A stretch of 64,000 nt of DNA, taken from NCBI GenBank assembly GCA_963851265.1, contig CAWKNZ010000007.1:711091-775090 (forward strand), in the 5' to 3' direction. The notes under the pieces were generated by a model that did not search any database, had not been told where the DNA came from, and saw only the letters and a list, made by a program, of their open reading frames with translations. A program made the translations under genes and the position numbers. Numbering within the stretch: position 1 is the first letter of the stretch; each line of letters begins with the position of its first letter. Positions 37,157 through 46,708 of the stretch are shown piece by piece. This DNA is from an uncultured Gemmatimonadales bacterium. Its GTDB lineage: Bacteria; Gemmatimonadota; Gemmatimonadetes; Gemmatimonadales; Gemmatimonadaceae.

Positions 37157-38175
37157 GCCGCGACCGCCGCGACGCTCCCGGCGCGCGCCCGGCGCACCAT
37201 CGCCGCGTCGTCGTCCGCCCACGCCGGCACCGTGCGCCCGGCGGCCATCCGCGCCAGGTAGACCATCGCGAACGCGGTAAGCCAGAGCGCCACACCGTTC
37301 GCCTGGTGCAGCGAGCGCACCGCGACCACGTAGTGCCCGGTCACCATCGCCGCGCCCAACACGACCTGCAGCGCGACGAGACCGAGCGCCACGCGCGACG
37401 CCGTCACGACGGGGCCCGCCTCGCGGCGCCGCGCGAACACGAACGGCAGCGCAACCAGGTGCGCGGCGAGCAGGTACGCCGTGATGCGGTGCGCGAGTTG
37501 GATGTGCGCCGTCCCTCCAGCGTACGCGGCCGTGCAGAACGGGAAGCCCTGGCACGACGACACCGCCCCGGCGACCTTCGCCGTGAGTGACCCGAGGAGC
37601 ACCGCCGTGAGGGCGAGCGCCGCGGCGACCGCCGCGCCGCGCACGGCCTTCGGCGTACCGCGCCCCGCGGCGCGCGCGGCCACCGCGCGCGGCGCGCCGA
37701 ACGCGCCCGCGCGCATCGCCGTCGCCGCGAGCGTCGCCAGCAGCGAGACCGCGATGACCTTGTGCGCCGCGGTCGCCCACGGCGTGTTGGCCTCCTTCAC
37801 CGTCACCGCGCCGAACGCCGCGGCGACGAACGAGATCGCGAGCGCGGCGCCCGCCGCGCGCAGCACCCCGCCGCGCCCCCCCACGCCCGGCGTCGCGCGC
37901 CGCGCGAACGCCGTGATCACGAGCGCCGCGACGGTCGAGATGAGCACGGCCGCGAACAGCCGGTGCAGCCACTCGATCACGAGCGTCGGCTGGTCGAACG
38001 ACGGGAACCACGACACCACGCCCGTCGCCGGATCGGCACAGCGCGGCCAGCTCGTCAGGCAGCCCATCCCCGATCCGGTGATCCGGACGATGGCGCCGAA
38101 CACGATGTGAAAGAACGCGATGGCCGTTGCGGCGAGACTCAGCCGGCGCACGGCGGACAGGGCAGGGGAGATCAC
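37153..38175 (-). CDS. ctaA: Heme A synthase (COX15/CtaA)
   Basis: GAIVRITGSGMGC..WPRC, EWLHR, HRI and LHQ motifs; stop overlaps the ctaB start. Confidence 0.88.
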   Translation of the reverse strand: MISPALSAVRRLSLAATAIAFFHIVFGAIVRITGSGMGCLTSWPRCADPATGVVSWFPSFDQPTLVIEWLHRLFAAVLISTVAALVITAFARRATPGVGGRGGVLRAAGAALAISFVAAAFGAVTVKEANTPWATAAHKVIAVSLLATLAATAMRAGAFGAPRAVAARAAGRGTPKAVRGAAVAAALALTAVLLGSLTAKVAGAVSSCQGFPFCTAAYAGGTAHIQLAHRITAYLLAAHLVALPFVFARRREAGPVVTASRVALGLVALQVVLGAAMVTGHYVVAVRSLHQANGVALWLTAFAMVYLARMAAGRTVPAWADDDAAMVRRARAGSVAAVAA

Positions 38176-38186
38176 GACGGCGGTTC

Positions 38187-38396
38187 CTATACCGGCAGCG
38201 CCCGCCACGTGAACACGAGCACGGCCGCGAGCGCGAGAGCCGGCGCGAGTGCCCACGCGAGTTCCGCCGGGCGGCGCGCCGCCGGCGCCGCGGCGCCGCG
38301 GCTCCCGATCAGCACCGAGCGCACGATCGCGCCCTGCGCGACGGCACATGCCACCGCGGCCACCCAAAACGTTGCGTGAGAAACAGAAGACGACAT
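38187..38396 (-). CDS. Small two-TM protein resembling the TM hairpin of cytochrome oxidase subunit II
   Basis: FWVAAVACAVAQ...ELAWALAPALAL; directly upstream of ctaA. Confidence 0.55.
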   Translation of the reverse strand: MSSSVSHATFWVAAVACAVAQGAIVRSVLIGSRGAAAPAARRPAELAWALAPALALAAVLVFTWRALPV

Positions 38397-38446
38397 CAGA
38401 CAAAGGTGGCCGCGCCCGAAGGGGTATTCAACTAGCGTTGTGCGCT

Positions 38447-39883
38447 ATGTCCGATCGTCTGCCGGCGCGCGCCCCACGCCATCTCGAACGCCAACTCGGC
38501 CTCTGGAGTGCCGTCGCCGTGCTCGTGGGCTCCACGATCGGCTCAGGCATTTTTCGCTCCCCTGCCGGGATCGCGGCCAAACTTCCCGGCCCGCTCCCGA
38601 TGCTCGCGGTCTGGACGGTGGGCGGCATCTTCGCCCTGTGCGGCGCGCTCACGCTGGCCGAGATCGCGGGCGCGCGCCCCGAGACGGGCGGACTCTACAT
38701 CTATATCCGGGACGGCTGGGGGCGGCTGCCGGCCTTCCTCTTCGGCTGGTCGGAGCTGGTCCTCATCCGCGCGGCCTCGATGGGGGCGGTGTCGCTCACC
38801 TTCGCGGAGTACTTCCTGCGCGTCGTCGGCGCCAACGCCCCCGGCTCCGCGCTCGCCGACCCCGCCGCCCAGGCGCGCGCGTCGCACTGGGTGGCCGCGG
38901 TCGCGATCGTCATCACCTCCGCGTTCAACTACCGCGGCGTGCGGCTCGGTGCGGCGGTGCAGAACCTCACCACGGTCGCCAAATACGGCGGGCTCGTCTT
39001 CATCATCCTGCTCGCCCTGGTCCTCGGCCTGCCGCGCACGGGCGGCCACTTCACGCCCGCCGCCCCGCCGGGCAGCTTCACCGGCGGCGCGTTCGGGCTC
39101 GCCCTCGTCTCGGCGCTCTGGGCCTTCGATGGCTGGGCCGACCTGTCGTTCGTCGCCGGAGAGGTGCGCGACCCGCGCCGCGTCCTGCCGCGGGCGCTCG
39201 TCCTCGGCACGGTCGCGGTGATCGTCGTCTACCTGCTCGCCAACGTCGCCTACCTCGCGGTGATGCCCGTCGAGGAGATCCGCACCTCGCGGCTCGTCGC
39301 GGCCGACGTCGCCGAGCGCCTCGTCGGCCCCGGGGGCGTGGCGTTCGTCGCCGCGACCGTGATGCTCTCCACGTTCGGCACGCTCAACGGCACGCTGCTC
39401 ACCGCGCCGCGCATCTTCTTCGCGCTCGCCGACGACGGGCTGTTCTTCCGCCCCGTGGCCCGCGTGCACCCGCGCTACGGCTCGCCGTACGTCGCGATCC
39501 TCCTTACCGCCGCGCTCGGCGTCGTCTTCGTGCTGCTGCGCAGCTTCGAAGCGCTCGCCGACGCCTTCGTGACGGCGATCCTGCCCTTCTACGCGCTCGG
39601 CGTCGCCAGCGTGTTTCGCCTGCGACGGGCGGCCGCGCGGGGCGAGGTGGATTACGACCCGCCGTTCCGCGTTCCCGGCTATCCGGTGGTACCGCTGCTC
39701 TTCGTCGCCGCGACCCTGTACCTGCTGATCAACGCGCTCATCGACCCGGCCGGTCGGGCGGCGACGGCGGTCACGCTCGGCGTCGTGTTGCTCGGGATTC
39801 CGGTGTACTGGTCGACGGTGGGGCGGCGCGCCCCGCGCCGGTCTCGTACGGCGCTACCCGAGCCGCCAGTCGCCCGACCGTGA
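38447..39883 (+). CDS. APC family amino acid permease
   Basis: GSTIGSGIF, GGLYIY, WAFDGW, GEVRDP and FRVPGYP motifs. Confidence 0.92.
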   Translation: MSDRLPARAPRHLERQLGLWSAVAVLVGSTIGSGIFRSPAGIAAKLPGPLPMLAVWTVGGIFALCGALTLAEIAGARPETGGLYIYIRDGWGRLPAFLFGWSELVLIRAASMGAVSLTFAEYFLRVVGANAPGSALADPAAQARASHWVAAVAIVITSAFNYRGVRLGAAVQNLTTVAKYGGLVFIILLALVLGLPRTGGHFTPAAPPGSFTGGAFGLALVSALWAFDGWADLSFVAGEVRDPRRVLPRALVLGTVAVIVVYLLANVAYLAVMPVEEIRTSRLVAADVAERLVGPGGVAFVAATVMLSTFGTLNGTLLTAPRIFFALADDGLFFRPVARVHPRYGSPYVAILLTAALGVVFVLLRSFEALADAFVTAILPFYALGVASVFRLRRAAARGEVDYDPPFRVPGYPVVPLLFVAATLYLLINALIDPAGRAATAVTLGVVLLGIPVYWSTVGRRAPRRSRTALPEPPVARP

Positions 39884-40160
39884 GGGCCGCGACGCTCGTC
39901 ACCCAACTGCGTCAGCGACCTGCGTCCGTGACGAACGCGTGACGGCGCCGCGGCGCGCCGGCGAGCGCACGCCGGTGACGCGTGAGGAGCCGGGCCGGGT
40001 CTCTAGGGGAACGTGACGCCGCTGGACGGCGGCGACTCCGCGCATCGACGGACGAGGGCGCCGTGACCGTTCGGTTACGTGCGCCCGAACCGCGTGCGTT
40101 GTACGGCCGAGTTTGGGCGAGGTACCTTGCCGCGCCCCTCCTCACCCCCTTTCCAACGTC

Positions 40161-43100
40161 ATGTCTACCAAGCGTTTGGCGTTTGCCACGCTCGTCGCGA
40201 CAGCCCTCCTGCCGGGTGCCGTTCCCTCCCGGCGTCTCGAAGCACAGGTCACCACCGGGTCGGTCGCCGGTGTGGTCACCAACGAAGCGAGCCAGCCGGT
40301 CGCCGGCGCGCAGGTGCAGGTCCTCAACCGCGCGACCGGGGTGTCGCGCGGCGTGGTCACCCGCGAGGACGGCCGCTACTTCGTCGCCGGGCTCGAAGTC
40401 GGCGCCGGCTACGAGATCACCGCGCGCCGCATCGGCTTCACGCCGGTGACGCGCTCCGGCGTCCGCGTGTCGCTCGGACAGTCCGCGCGCGTCGACGTCG
40501 CGCTCCAGTCGCAGGCGGCGCAGCTGTCGGCGGTGACCGTCACCGCGGCCGCGACCGCGAACAACGCGGTGATCGCGCCCGACCGGCGCGACGTGCGCAC
40601 GACGATCAGCGACACCGCGATCCTCCGCCTCCCGACCATCTCGCGCAACTTCACCGACTTCGTCGGCCTGACGCCGCAGGTGTCGACCGCCGGACCGGGC
40701 TTCTCGGGCGGCACCAACAACCGCTTCAACACCGTCCGCATCGACGGCGCGAACAGCACCGACCTGTTCGGACTCGGCTCGACCGGACAACCCGGCGGAC
40801 AGGCGAACGGGCGCTCGGTCCCGCTCGAGGCGATCAAGGAGTACCAGGTGCTCCTCACGCCGTTCGACGTCCGCCAGGGGCAGTTCTCGGGCGCGGTCAT
40901 CAACGCGGTCACCAAGAGCGGCACCAACACGTTCCAGGGCTCGCTGATCGGGACGACGCGCAACCAGAACTTCTCGCAGAACGTCCCGCTCATCCGCCAG
41001 CAGCCGTTCACGCAGACCAACTACGGCGCGACGGTCGGCGGCCCGCTCGTGCGCGACAAGGCGTTCTTCTTCGTCTCGACCGAGTTCCAGAAGCAGAACC
41101 AGGTCGCGCTCGGGCCCTACGTCGGCCAGCCCGCCGGCGCGCCGTCGCCGGTGCCCGTGGGCGGGGCCGACATCGCCCGCTTCCAGAGCATCCTGCAGGG
41201 CTACGGCATCACGGACATCGGCTCGCCCGGGCAGGTCGCGAACCACAACCCGCTCGCCAACGTCTTCGCGCGCACCGACCTCAACCTGAGCGGGAGCACG
41301 CGGCTGGTCCTCCGCTACAACTACGCGAGCGCGCAGCTCGACAACTTCTCGCGCAGCACGACCGCGCTGCGCTTCTCCAACAGCGGCTACAACTTCCAGA
41401 ACAGCACCAACGCGCCGCTGATCCAGCTCTACTCGAACTTCGCGAACGGCAACTATAACGAACTGTTCGCGGGCCTCACGTCGACGCGCGACAAGCGCGC
41501 GATCCCGATCACCTCGCCGTTCATCACCGTACAGGTCAACAACCCGGCCGGCGGCACCGCCACGATGGTCGCCGGGAGCGAGAACTCCTCGCAGGGCAAC
41601 TCGCTCGACCAGGACGTCTACGAGCTGACCGACAACTTCAGCTTCTCGGCCGCGAGTCACCGGATCACCGTCGGCACGCAGAACCAGTTCTACAAGGTCC
41701 GCAACCTGTTCTCGCAGAACTCGTACGGGAACTACTTCTTCGGGTCGCTCGACTCGCTCGCCGCGGGCACGCCGCGCACGTACACGGTCGGCGTCCGCCT
41801 GGGCGGCCCGCCGGACGCGCGCTTCCGCACCGCCAACTACAGCGGCTACCTGCAGGACGAGTGGACGCTGAGCAAGCGCTTCAACGTGCAGTACGGCGTG
41901 CGTCTCGACCTGCCGGCGTTCTACGACAGGCCGGGCTTCAACCCGGTGATCGACAGCGTCAAGGCCTACGGCCGCGAGACGAACCAGAAGCCGGCGAGCC
42001 GCCTCGAGTTCTCGCCGCGCCTGGGCTTCAACTCCGACGTGCTCGGCAACCAGACGCTGCAGCTGCGCGGCGGCGTGGGCCTGTTCGCCGGGCTGCCGCC
42101 CTACGTGTTCCTGAGCAACGTGTTCGGCAACTCCGGCGTCGACACGTACGGCAACTTCTCCTGCTCCAACCCGCAGGCGGCGCCCGCGTTCAACCCCAAC
42201 GCGTCACAGCAGCCGACCTCCTGCCGCACGACGGCGACGCAGAGCCCGTTCACCATCAACACCCTCGACCCGAGTCTCAAGCTCCCGCAGTACTTCAAGG
42301 CGTCCGCGGGCCTCGACCGCGCGCTGGGCGGCGGCTTCGTCTTCACGCTCGAGGGCCTCTACACGCGCGCCGTGAACGGCCTGTTCTACCAGAACCTCGC
42401 GACGCAGACCGTCACGGGCGTCGACCGGAACGGCCGCACGCTCTACGGCAACTACTCCCAGACGAACGGGAACGCCATCCCCTACACGGCCGAGTTCAAC
42501 GCGAACGCGACCGGCGCGTTCTCGGCCGACGGCCGCCGCAACCTGATCGGGCGCCAGTACGTCATCGACGCGACGAACCAGTCGAAGGACAACGCCTACA
42601 GCATCACCGGCGGCGTCCGCAAGCGCTACAGCGACCGCTTCGAGGGGAGCCTCTTCTACACGTACGGCCGCACCTACGACGTGCAGTCGCTGACGTCGTC
42701 GGTCGCGCTCTCCAACTGGAACTTCGGCCGCGCCATCTCGGGCAGCCAGTTCGACAAGACGCCGGGGGTCAGCAACTTCGACCAGCCGCACCGGATCGTC
42801 GCGTCGGGCACCTTCACCCTCCCGACGAAGACCGACATCTCGCTCGTCTACTTCGGGCAGAGCGGGTCGCCCTACTCGTTCACGTACAGCAACTTCGACG
42901 CGAACTTCGACGGGTCGACGAGCGACGACCTGATCTACGTGCCGCGCAACGTCTACGACCCGACGGAGATCCGCTTCGCCGCGCCCTCCGGCACGCCGAC
43001 CGCGCAGCAGGCGGCGAGCATCACGGCGCAGCAGGCCGGGTTCGACCGGCTCATCAACTCGACGAGCTGCCTGTCCAACGCGCGCGGTAAGATCATCGGG

Positions 43101-43454
43101 CGCAACACGTGCCGCACGCCGTTCACGAACCTCGTGAACGTCAACATCACGCAGGGGCTGCCGACGCTCCACGGGCAGAACTTCGAGGTCCGGCTCGACA
43201 TCCTCAACCTGGGCAACCTGCTGAACCACAACTGGGGCCAGCAGCCGTTCCTCACCTCGTCGTCTCCGCTCGTCCGCGCCAACACGGTCGGCAGCTCGGG
43301 CAGCTACGCGTCGGCCATCGGTCCCAACGGCGGACAGACGGCGTTCACGTTCAACCCCAACTACCAGCTGTACACGCCCTCCAGCCCGACGACCTCGGGC
43401 TCGACGCCGGGCGCGTACTACCAGCTGCAGCTCGGCCTGGGTTACCGGTTCTAA
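40161..43454 (+). CDS. Oar-like TonB-dependent outer-membrane receptor with an N-terminal carboxypeptidase-regulatory domain
   Basis: Signal peptide; RNFTDF, IDGA, INAVTKSGTN, YLQDEW and SPRLGF motifs; C-terminal YRF. Confidence 0.9.
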   Translation: MSTKRLAFATLVATALLPGAVPSRRLEAQVTTGSVAGVVTNEASQPVAGAQVQVLNRATGVSRGVVTREDGRYFVAGLEVGAGYEITARRIGFTPVTRSGVRVSLGQSARVDVALQSQAAQLSAVTVTAAATANNAVIAPDRRDVRTTISDTAILRLPTISRNFTDFVGLTPQVSTAGPGFSGGTNNRFNTVRIDGANSTDLFGLGSTGQPGGQANGRSVPLEAIKEYQVLLTPFDVRQGQFSGAVINAVTKSGTNTFQGSLIGTTRNQNFSQNVPLIRQQPFTQTNYGATVGGPLVRDKAFFFVSTEFQKQNQVALGPYVGQPAGAPSPVPVGGADIARFQSILQGYGITDIGSPGQVANHNPLANVFARTDLNLSGSTRLVLRYNYASAQLDNFSRSTTALRFSNSGYNFQNSTNAPLIQLYSNFANGNYNELFAGLTSTRDKRAIPITSPFITVQVNNPAGGTATMVAGSENSSQGNSLDQDVYELTDNFSFSAASHRITVGTQNQFYKVRNLFSQNSYGNYFFGSLDSLAAGTPRTYTVGVRLGGPPDARFRTANYSGYLQDEWTLSKRFNVQYGVRLDLPAFYDRPGFNPVIDSVKAYGRETNQKPASRLEFSPRLGFNSDVLGNQTLQLRGGVGLFAGLPPYVFLSNVFGNSGVDTYGNFSCSNPQAAPAFNPNASQQPTSCRTTATQSPFTINTLDPSLKLPQYFKASAGLDRALGGGFVFTLEGLYTRAVNGLFYQNLATQTVTGVDRNGRTLYGNYSQTNGNAIPYTAEFNANATGAFSADGRRNLIGRQYVIDATNQSKDNAYSITGGVRKRYSDRFEGSLFYTYGRTYDVQSLTSSVALSNWNFGRAISGSQFDKTPGVSNFDQPHRIVASGTFTLPTKTDISLVYFGQSGSPYSFTYSNFDANFDGSTSDDLIYVPRNVYDPTEIRFAAPSGTPTAQQAASITAQQAGFDRLINSTSCLSNARGKIIGRNTCRTPFTNLVNVNITQGLPTLHGQNFEVRLDILNLGNLLNHNWGQQPFLTSSSPLVRANTVGSSGSYASAIGPNGGQTAFTFNPNYQLYTPSSPTTSGSTPGAYYQLQLGLGYRF

Positions 43455-43481
43455 CTCGCCGGGCCGCGACGGCCCACGACG

Positions 43482-43541
43482 GGTCCGGACGCACGACGCC
43501 CCCGGGAGCAGCCGCTCCCGGGGGCGTCGTGCGTCCGGACC
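43482..43541. terminator. 28-bp perfect inverted repeat with a 4-nt loop between convergent genes
   Basis: ggtccggacgcacgacgcccccgggagc-agcc-gctcccgggggcgtcgtgcgtccggacc. Confidence 0.7.
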
Positions 43542-43592
43542 TGCGCGCGGACCTGTTGGCGCGGCGCCGTGTCGGCGCGGCGCCGCTCCGGG

Positions 43593-44477
43593 TCAGAAGA
43601 TCCGCACGATGCCGCGCGTGTACCGCGACGGGTTCTTCTGGAAGTCGGCCGTGAGCGAGTCGAGCCGCCCGACGAGCCGCTGCACGTTGGCGTAGAGCAG
43701 CGTGTCGCTCAGCAGCTTGCCCGCCGAGCCGTTCCCGCTCTGCAGCTGCGCGAGCGTGCTGTTGATGCGCGAGGTCGTGACGCGCAGCGAGTCGGTGAGC
43801 GCGCTCGCGTTCGCGCTCGCCGCGCGCACGTTGCTCAGCGTCGAGTCGATCTTGGCCGAGTCGACGCCGGCCAGCGCGTGGCGCGCCTGCACCTGCGTCG
43901 CCGTCAGCTGCCGCGACTGCTGCGCGGCGATCGTCGCGAGCTCCGCGACGAGCGCGTTCGTGCGGGTGAGCGTCGACCGGATGTCGCGCAGACCGCCGCT
44001 GTCGACCAGCTCCGACTGGATGCGGCGCGTGAGCGCGACCGCCACGGTCGCCACCGAGTCACCCTTGGCCGTGAGCTGGTCGATGCCGGCCGGCGGCGTG
44101 CCGGCGGGCACCGTGTCGCCCGCCGCGTACGAGCGGGTATCGGGCCTGCCCAGCAGCGAGACCTCGGCGTCGCCGAAGAGGCCCACCGGGGTGACCACCG
44201 CGTTCGCGTTGCGCGGGACCTTGCGCCCGTTCTCGATGTCCATCTGGAGCACGAGCGTGCCGTCGTTGCGCAGAGCCACGTCCTTCACGTAGCCCACCTG
44301 CACGCCCGCGAGGCGCACCGCCTGCCCGACCTTCAGGTTGGCACCCCAGCGGAACACGCTGTAGAGCGAGTAGCCCGAGCGGAGCCCGCCGCGCACGAGC
44401 CACACCGTGCCGAGCACGCCAATGGTGAGCGCGGCGGTGATGAGCATGCCGACGAGGATTTCGTTCCGTCGTTTCAT
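43593..44477 (-). CDS. mlaD: MlaD/MCE family protein
   Basis: N-terminal TM, LKVGQAVRLAGVQVGYV, GLFGD and a helical tail ending KNP. Confidence 0.88.
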   Translation of the reverse strand: MKRRNEILVGMLITAALTIGVLGTVWLVRGGLRSGYSLYSVFRWGANLKVGQAVRLAGVQVGYVKDVALRNDGTLVLQMDIENGRKVPRNANAVVTPVGLFGDAEVSLLGRPDTRSYAAGDTVPAGTPPAGIDQLTAKGDSVATVAVALTRRIQSELVDSGGLRDIRSTLTRTNALVAELATIAAQQSRQLTATQVQARHALAGVDSAKIDSTLSNVRAASANASALTDSLRVTTSRINSTLAQLQSGNGSAGKLLSDTLLYANVQRLVGRLDSLTADFQKNPSRYTRGIVRIF

Positions 44478-44511
44478 CGCTATTCGATGCTATTCGATTG
44501 AAATCGGCGCG

Positions 44512-45363
44512 TCAGCCGCGCACGTAGCTCGCGAGCGCCGACGCGATGACCGCGTCGAGCACGAGGATGGACACCGACGCGAACACCACCGCGCGCGCCG
44601 TCGAACGCCCCACGCCCTCCGCGCCCGACTCGGTCACGTACCCCTCGTACGAGCACACGAACGCGATCGCGCCGCCGAAGAACACGGCCTTGATGAGGCC
44701 GTATAACACCTGGAACGGCGTGAACGACAGCCGCAGCCCTTCGATGTAGTCCTGCGATGTCACCGGGGTGGCCGCCAGCAGCGTGCCCCACGCCGCGACG
44801 ATCGCCGTCGCGTTCGCGATCACCACGAGTACGGGCACCATCACGAGCGCGGCGAAGAAGCGCGGCACGGCGAGGAACGCCACCGGGTCGTACGCCAGCG
44901 TCTCGAGCGCGTCGATCTGCTCAGTCACCCGCATCGTCCCGATCTCCGCCGTCATCCGCGCGCCCACGCGCCCCGCCAGCACCAGCGCGGTCAGCAGCGG
45001 CCCGAGCTCCAGCACGATGCTGCCACGCACGAGCAGGCCGAGCACCGACAGCTGCACGCCGGCGAACAGCTGGTAGTAGGACTGGAAAGCCGTGACCGCG
45101 CCGAGGAAGCCGGCCACGATGAGCACGAGCGGGAGCGACTCGACGCCGATCCCCTGCATCTGCCGGATCGTTTCGCTTCCCCACGTCCCCGGCTCCGCGA
45201 ACGCGCGGACCATGTCGCGGAAGTAGTACCCACGCTTGCCGATCCCCGCGAACGCCGCGCGCGTCGCGCGCGTGGTGCGCGAGAAGATGGCCCACGGGGG
45301 CAGCGACTGGCGCCGCTCGTACCGGACGGTCTGGCGGCGCTCGGGCCGTGCATCGGTGGTCAC
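44512..45363 (-). CDS. mlaE: MlaE family ABC permease
   Basis: ELGPLLTALVLAGRVGA, AEIGTMRVTEQIDAL and GAEGVG motifs. Confidence 0.92.
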   Translation of the reverse strand: MTTDARPERRQTVRYERRQSLPPWAIFSRTTRATRAAFAGIGKRGYYFRDMVRAFAEPGTWGSETIRQMQGIGVESLPLVLIVAGFLGAVTAFQSYYQLFAGVQLSVLGLLVRGSIVLELGPLLTALVLAGRVGARMTAEIGTMRVTEQIDALETLAYDPVAFLAVPRFFAALVMVPVLVVIANATAIVAAWGTLLAATPVTSQDYIEGLRLSFTPFQVLYGLIKAVFFGGAIAFVCSYEGYVTESGAEGVGRSTARAVVFASVSILVLDAVIASALASYVRG

Positions 45364-45424
45364 GCGGGGAATGTAACCCGGCCGCCCTGCGGCCCCGAAC
45401 GCCCCCGCGCGGCGCGATCCTACC

Positions 45425-46708
45425 TCACGTCCTCGTGCGACTGAGCAGCACCGCCCCCGTGACCCCGAACAGCAGGCTGGGCACCCAGGCCGCCACCTCG
45501 GGCGGGATCAGCCCCTTGCCGCCCACCGCCTTCGTCAACTGGATGAGGACGAGGAAGAGGATCGTCGTGCCGAGCGAGAGCCCCACCCCGTACGCCGTCC
45601 CGCCGCGCTGCGTGCTCGTCGCGAGCGGCGCACCGAAGAGCAGGATGATCACGCACGTGACCGGGATCGCGATCTTCAGCATGCGCGTCACGCGGAGCGT
45701 GTTCACGTCCGCCCCCGAGCGCTGCATCGCGCGGATGAACCGCCCCAACTCGCGGTAGTCCATGTCGTCGGGCGCCTTGGGCGTGACCATGAGGTCGCGC
45801 GGCCGCTCGGTCATCTGGCGGTCGACGATCGAGTCGTACGCGAACGCGATGTCGATGGGTAGCCGCGCGGTCCGTACGCCCGACGCGGACACGGCGCTGT
45901 CCGCGTCGGCGTGCGCGGAATCGCCGGGGAGCACGTGCATCGTGCCCTTGCGCAGCGTCCACCCGCGCCCTGCGTTCCACTTCGCCCCTTCCGACGCGAG
46001 CAAGAGCCCCGGGTATTCGACGCCGTTCCCCTTCCGGTCGATCTCGACTCCGGTCATGGTGCCCGCGTCCACGCTCAGACTCTGCACCTTGTAGACGCGC
46101 CCCGCGTCGGCCGCGTACGCGAAGTTGGTGCGCGCGGAGCCGTTCTCGTCGTGGGTCTCCTTGAGCACCGCGAGGCGACGCGCGTTGGCCGGCGCGGCCA
46201 GCTCGCCGAGCGTGAGGCCGAGTCCCGTGGCGAGCGTCGCGCCCGCGACGATGGGGAGGATGAAGCGGTAGAAGCTGATCCCCGACGCCTTCGCCGCCGT
46301 AATCTCGGAATAGCGCGTGACCGCCCCGACGGTGAACACGGTCGCGAACAGCACGGCCGCGGGCAGGACGTTGAACATCGTCTCGGGCAGCCAGTAGACG
46401 TAACTGAGCGCGAGCTGTGCCGTCGTGATGTGCCGCTCGAGGTACTTGGGCAGGCTGTCGACCAGGTCGATGACGAACACGAGGATCGGGAACCCGAACG
46501 CCGTCACGACGAAGATCTTCATGAACTCCGTGAAGACGTAGCGATCGAGCGCGGAGCCGAACCGCACGCGTCGCCGCCCGCTGAACTCCGCCGTCCGCTC
46601 GGCCTGTGGCGCGCCCGCCGGCGGAGCGCCTGCAGGGGGCGCGACCGCCGGCATGGGGATCGGGAGGGTCGCCGTGCTGCCGAGCGTCTCCACGCTGCCG
46701 GAGCTCAC
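45425..46708 (-). CDS. lptG: LptF/LptG family permease (LptG-like)
   Basis: LDRYVF, SEITAAKASGIS and AAWVP motifs; start approximate (GTG overlapping the upstream stop). Confidence 0.82.
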   Translation of the reverse strand: MSSGSVETLGSTATLPIPMPAVAPPAGAPPAGAPQAERTAEFSGRRRVRFGSALDRYVFTEFMKIFVVTAFGFPILVFVIDLVDSLPKYLERHITTAQLALSYVYWLPETMFNVLPAAVLFATVFTVGAVTRYSEITAAKASGISFYRFILPIVAGATLATGLGLTLGELAAPANARRLAVLKETHDENGSARTNFAYAADAGRVYKVQSLSVDAGTMTGVEIDRKGNGVEYPGLLLASEGAKWNAGRGWTLRKGTMHVLPGDSAHADADSAVSASGVRTARLPIDIAFAYDSIVDRQMTERPRDLMVTPKAPDDMDYRELGRFIRAMQRSGADVNTLRVTRMLKIAIPVTCVIILLFGAPLATSTQRGGTAYGVGLSLGTTILFLVLIQLTKAVGGKGLIPPEVAAWVPSLLFGVTGAVLLSRTRT

